From Pirellulales bacterium (lineage in GTDB: Bacteria; Planctomycetota; Planctomycetia; Pirellulales; JAEUIK01): a stretch of DNA of 64,000 nucleotides. Where the stretch lies: positions 298,712-362,711 of the forward strand of contig JAHBXR010000001.1 in assembly GCA_019636335.1 (NCBI GenBank), written 5' to 3'. The position numbers and the translations under genes were made by a program. Below the pieces are notes generated by a model. That model saw nothing but the letters and a program-made list of their open reading frames with translations, was not told the DNA's origin and did not search any database. Below, in pieces: positions 60,862 through 64,000 of this stretch (within the stretch, counting starts at the first letter, position 1; each line of letters opens with the position of its first letter).

Positions 60862-62088
60862 ATGATTTCGGTCGAAGATGCCCAGCGGCTCGTGCTCGAA
60901 CAAGCGACCGCGCTCCCCGCTGAACGCGTGGAGCTCGTCGATTCGCTGGGGCTCGTGCTGGCCGAAGCGGTCGCCAGCGACATCGATTCGCCGCCGTGGG
61001 AAAAGTCGATCGTCGACGGTTACGCCGTTCGATCGGTGGACCTCGCCACCGGCGAGGCCGAACTCGAGATCCTCGAAGAAGTGATGGCCGGCGCGGTGCC
61101 GACGCTCGAAGTCGGGCCGGGTCAGGCCACTCGCATCATGACGGGGGCTCCGACGCCGGCTGGTTGCGACGCCGTCGTGATGGTCGAGCAGACGGAAGTC
61201 TTGCCCGCTGTCTCGCCGGGTACCCTGGGGCGCGTGCGGATTCATGCCGCCAAGCTGGAGGCGGGCCGAAACATCCTGCGCCGCGCCGCGGCGATGAAAT
61301 GTGGCGACCCGGTGCTCGCCCCTGGCGCGATCATTCGTCCCGCCGAGATAGGATTGCTGGCCGAGGTTGGCAAACGTCACGTGTTGGCTCAGCTTCGTGC
61401 TCGGGTGGCCGTGCTGGCCACCGGCGATGAGATCGTTTCCTGCGAGCAGAAACCTGGCCCCGGTCAGATACGCAATTCCAATGGGCCGATGCTGTGCGGT
61501 TTGGTGCGAAGGGCAGGAGGGACGGCGCACGACCTTGGCATCGCGGCCGACACCACCGAGTCGCTCGACGCGCATGTTCGTCGCGGCCTCGAAGCGGACG
61601 TGCTCGTGCTGTCGGGGGGTGTGTCGGCCGGCGTGCTCGACTTGGTGCCTGGCGTACTCGCCGCGAATGGCGTGGAACAGGTGTTCCACAAGGTAAACGT
61701 CAAACCGGGAAAGCCAATCTGGTTTGGCGTCTTGAATCGAGAAGATCGGCGGCGACTTGTCTTCGGTCTGCCGGGAAACCCGGTCAGCTCGCTGGTCTGC
61801 TTCGAACTGTTCGTGCGATCCGCCCTGCGGCAACTGGCCGGCGAGCGCGACGTGTTGCCGCGGCCGCGATGGGCGCGCCTGACGCGTTCCCATACGATTC
61901 GTGGCCCGCGCGATACGTATCATCCAGCGGTCCTGGAGGAGTCGGAGGCAGGTTGGACGGTCGAGCCCGTCGCCTGGCGCGGCTCGGCCGACCTGCGCGC
62001 CCTGAGCGCGGCGAACTCGCTGGTGCTCTTTCCCGGGGGGGACCGCACGTTCGAGCCGGGCGCGCGACTCGCCACCATCCTCCTTTGA
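60862..62088 (+). CDS. moeA: molybdopterin molybdotransferase
   Basis: MISVEDA…SPPWEKSIVDGYAV…LSGGVSAG… MoeA domain order. Starts 2 nt after the trpG stop. Confidence 0.9.
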   Translation: MISVEDAQRLVLEQATALPAERVELVDSLGLVLAEAVASDIDSPPWEKSIVDGYAVRSVDLATGEAELEILEEVMAGAVPTLEVGPGQATRIMTGAPTPAGCDAVVMVEQTEVLPAVSPGTLGRVRIHAAKLEAGRNILRRAAAMKCGDPVLAPGAIIRPAEIGLLAEVGKRHVLAQLRARVAVLATGDEIVSCEQKPGPGQIRNSNGPMLCGLVRRAGGTAHDLGIAADTTESLDAHVRRGLEADVLVLSGGVSAGVLDLVPGVLAANGVEQVFHKVNVKPGKPIWFGVLNREDRRRLVFGLPGNPVSSLVCFELFVRSALRQLAGERDVLPRPRWARLTRSHTIRGPRDTYHPAVLEESEAGWTVEPVAWRGSADLRALSAANSLVLFPGGDRTFEPGARLATILL

Positions 62089-62118
62089 CGAATTTGACCA
62101 CCGCGTGGAGAGTTGGGC

Positions 62119-63372
62119 CTACTCCTTGACCAACGTATCGACGCGCCTGGCAAGCGACTCACCGCGCGCGTTCTTGGCGCGGATATTCCCCTGTTTATCC
62201 AGGACGAACGTGGCAGGGAGGCCGCGCACGTGCAATCGCTCGACGATCGGTCCCAGGCCTTGTTCGCTGATTGGGTCGTTCCAGTTAGGCCATGAAACTT
62301 TCTCCTTGGCGATGACCTGACGTGCATCTTCCAAGTTGGCATCGCAGTTAACACCAAGAATGGCAAAGGACTGGTCGCGGTACTGTTCGGCCAACTGGCG
62401 CAAATGCGGCAGTTCCTCGCAGCAGGGTCCACACCACGAGGCCCAAAAGATGACCACCACTACCTTGCCGCGGTAGTCGGCCAATTTGAGTGGATGGCCA
62501 TCCAGATCCACGCCCTCGATCGACGGCAGCGGCTGACCGAGTGCCAGCGTTTGCAACTCGTCGAGCAACGACTCGGCGATTTGATCGAGTGACTTGCGAC
62601 GCCACGGAGAGGTACTCGTGGATTCGTCCGCAGGTACGTAGGCGATCTCGCCGAACTGTGCTACCAGTGAAATGAGCAATTCGCGCGAGCGCCGGCGGGT
62701 AACCTCGACGTCGCACTCGCGGAAAATCGCGCGGAAGGCCTCGATGCGGGCATCGTCACTGATCGCCTCGACTTTGGAGGAGAACTCCTCGGTCATGCGG
62801 GCTTTGTTGATCAGATAACGGGCCAGGGCCAAACGCGCGAGTCCCTGGGCTTCGCGCTCCTGCGCGTGCTCGACCAGACCTTCGAGAAGGACATCGCGGC
62901 TGCGCGTGGCCAGGTTGTCGAGGTGCATGCAGGCTCGCGGAACGGCCGAGTCGTTGGCATGGTATTCGACCAGCAGTGTCACCGCGCGCAGATGCATGTC
63001 GGCCAGGATTCCGTACGCCGTCCAACTACCTCCACGCTGCACAATCCACAGCAAGGCGTCGCGCGCAGCAACGTCGTCGGGCTGCGCTTCCGCCAGGCAC
63101 AACAGTCGTCGCGAGTAGTCAAGTAAATCGGGTGCAAGGTTAGCTGCCTGTAGCTGCTCGTAATCGGACTCGGCGCGATCGAGCAGGGTGAGGTAGTGAT
63201 GATTGGCAGACTCCCACGCGCCGAGAATGGCTGCCACCTGTTCGTCTCGCGGCAAGGTCGCATTCGGAGCTTCCGCCGCAACAGGCGAGGTGCGCATTCC
63301 GAAAACGACGGCGATCATCATCGCCGTTAGCAGCCGAGCCCATTTCGTCGGCACGACCGTTCGACGGTTCAT
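62119..63372 (-). CDS. TlpA/ResA-like thiol-disulfide oxidoreductase with ~270-aa N-terminal extension
   Basis: Signal peptide. C-terminal thioredoxin fold with WCGPCC active site. Long helical N-terminal domain. Confidence 0.75.
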   Translation of the reverse strand: MNRRTVVPTKWARLLTAMMIAVVFGMRTSPVAAEAPNATLPRDEQVAAILGAWESANHHYLTLLDRAESDYEQLQAANLAPDLLDYSRRLLCLAEAQPDDVAARDALLWIVQRGGSWTAYGILADMHLRAVTLLVEYHANDSAVPRACMHLDNLATRSRDVLLEGLVEHAQEREAQGLARLALARYLINKARMTEEFSSKVEAISDDARIEAFRAIFRECDVEVTRRRSRELLISLVAQFGEIAYVPADESTSTSPWRRKSLDQIAESLLDELQTLALGQPLPSIEGVDLDGHPLKLADYRGKVVVVIFWASWCGPCCEELPHLRQLAEQYRDQSFAILGVNCDANLEDARQVIAKEKVSWPNWNDPISEQGLGPIVERLHVRGLPATFVLDKQGNIRAKNARGESLARRVDTLVKE

Positions 63373-63579
63373 TTTCGTTTTCCGTTGTAGGTTCGATGTC
63401 TGCAAGACGGAACGAAACGTACCGCGAACCCGTCCCGCGAGGCAAGGCGAGCAGGTTCTTTGGCGGAACGGCGAACGGGGATCTGAAACTCGGCTGGCCG
63501 GGTGGACGGCTTCCGCTTAGGCTGTGAGAGATCTGGCGTCGTCTTTCCCATTCCCCCCATATCCCGAACCAACGCTCCT

Positions 63580-64000
63580 ATGCGTCAGACGCCGACGATT
63601 TCTGTCCGGGGGCGTCGCAGCCATTTGGCCAAGACGAGTTCGCCCAACGACGAAGAGCTCGCTGCAGCGATGCTGCGGTTGGTGCGGTACCAGCGAACCT
63701 GGGTGTTGGCATTCGCGTCGGCCGTGCTTCTCTGGCTGTCGTTCCCACCGGTTGATCTGTGGCCGCTGGCATGGATCGCTCCGCTTGGTTGGTTGCTGTT
63801 GATTCGCCAACCGACGCTCTCGGGTCGCCGACCCTATGGCCTGTTGTGGCTGGCAGGCTTTGCCTTTTGGATCGCGATGCTTCAATGGCTGCGTCTGCCG
63901 CACCTCGGCACGGCGATCGGCGGCGTGTTTCTTTCTGCTTATCTCGCCTGTTATACGTCGCTGTTCGTGGGTATTTCGCGCGTCGCGCTGCATCGCCTGC
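63580..64000 (+). CDS. lnt: apolipoprotein N-acyltransferase (partial, N-terminus only)
   Basis: N-terminal TM helices (WVLAFASAVLLWLSFPPVDLWPLAWIAPLGWLLL) typical of Lnt. Runs off the window end. Confidence 0.7.
   Translation, partial: MRQTPTISVRGRRSHLAKTSSPNDEELAAAMLRLVRYQRTWVLAFASAVLLWLSFPPVDLWPLAWIAPLGWLLLIRQPTLSGRRPYGLLWLAGFAFWIAMLQWLRLPHLGTAIGGVFLSAYLACYTSLFVGISRVALHRL

Overview
This 64-kb window is high-GC, densely coding chromosomal DNA. The gene content suggests a Planctomycetota-like genome, but that is inference. Supporting signs are a SecDF fusion with a long Ala/Pro/Glu/Thr insertion, a GspG-like pseudopilin domain, a PEP-CTERM protein, a HYExAFE protein, and free-standing tRNA-Ile/tRNA-Ala with no rRNA. 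Most genes are housekeeping or transport. They include a paralogous-MFS / DUF997(yhdT-like) / panF-like symporter / MFS block, XdhC-MocA and MoeA molybdenum-cofactor genes, hisS, trpD, trpG, fabZ, tgt-yajC-secDF, ppk1, NfeD-flotillin, signalling proteins and lnt. The parts that stand out are: (1) a Fur-family regulator preceded by a perfect palindrome and followed by two His/Cys-rich lipoproteins; (2) a visibly low-GC 520-aa orphan gene whose C-terminus looks like a T2SS GspG pseudopilin globular domain but has no prepilin leader; (3) a ~900-bp AT-richer non-coding gap with a duplicated 21-bp perfect palindrome; (4) a lower-GC PEP-CTERM beta-propeller-like protein converging on a LysM protein; and (5) an unannotated ~54-codon ORF with very strong GC3 bias between mocA and ykgJ. 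No CRISPR array, rRNA or obvious transposase was seen. Coordinates may be off by 1-3 nt because they were counted by hand.
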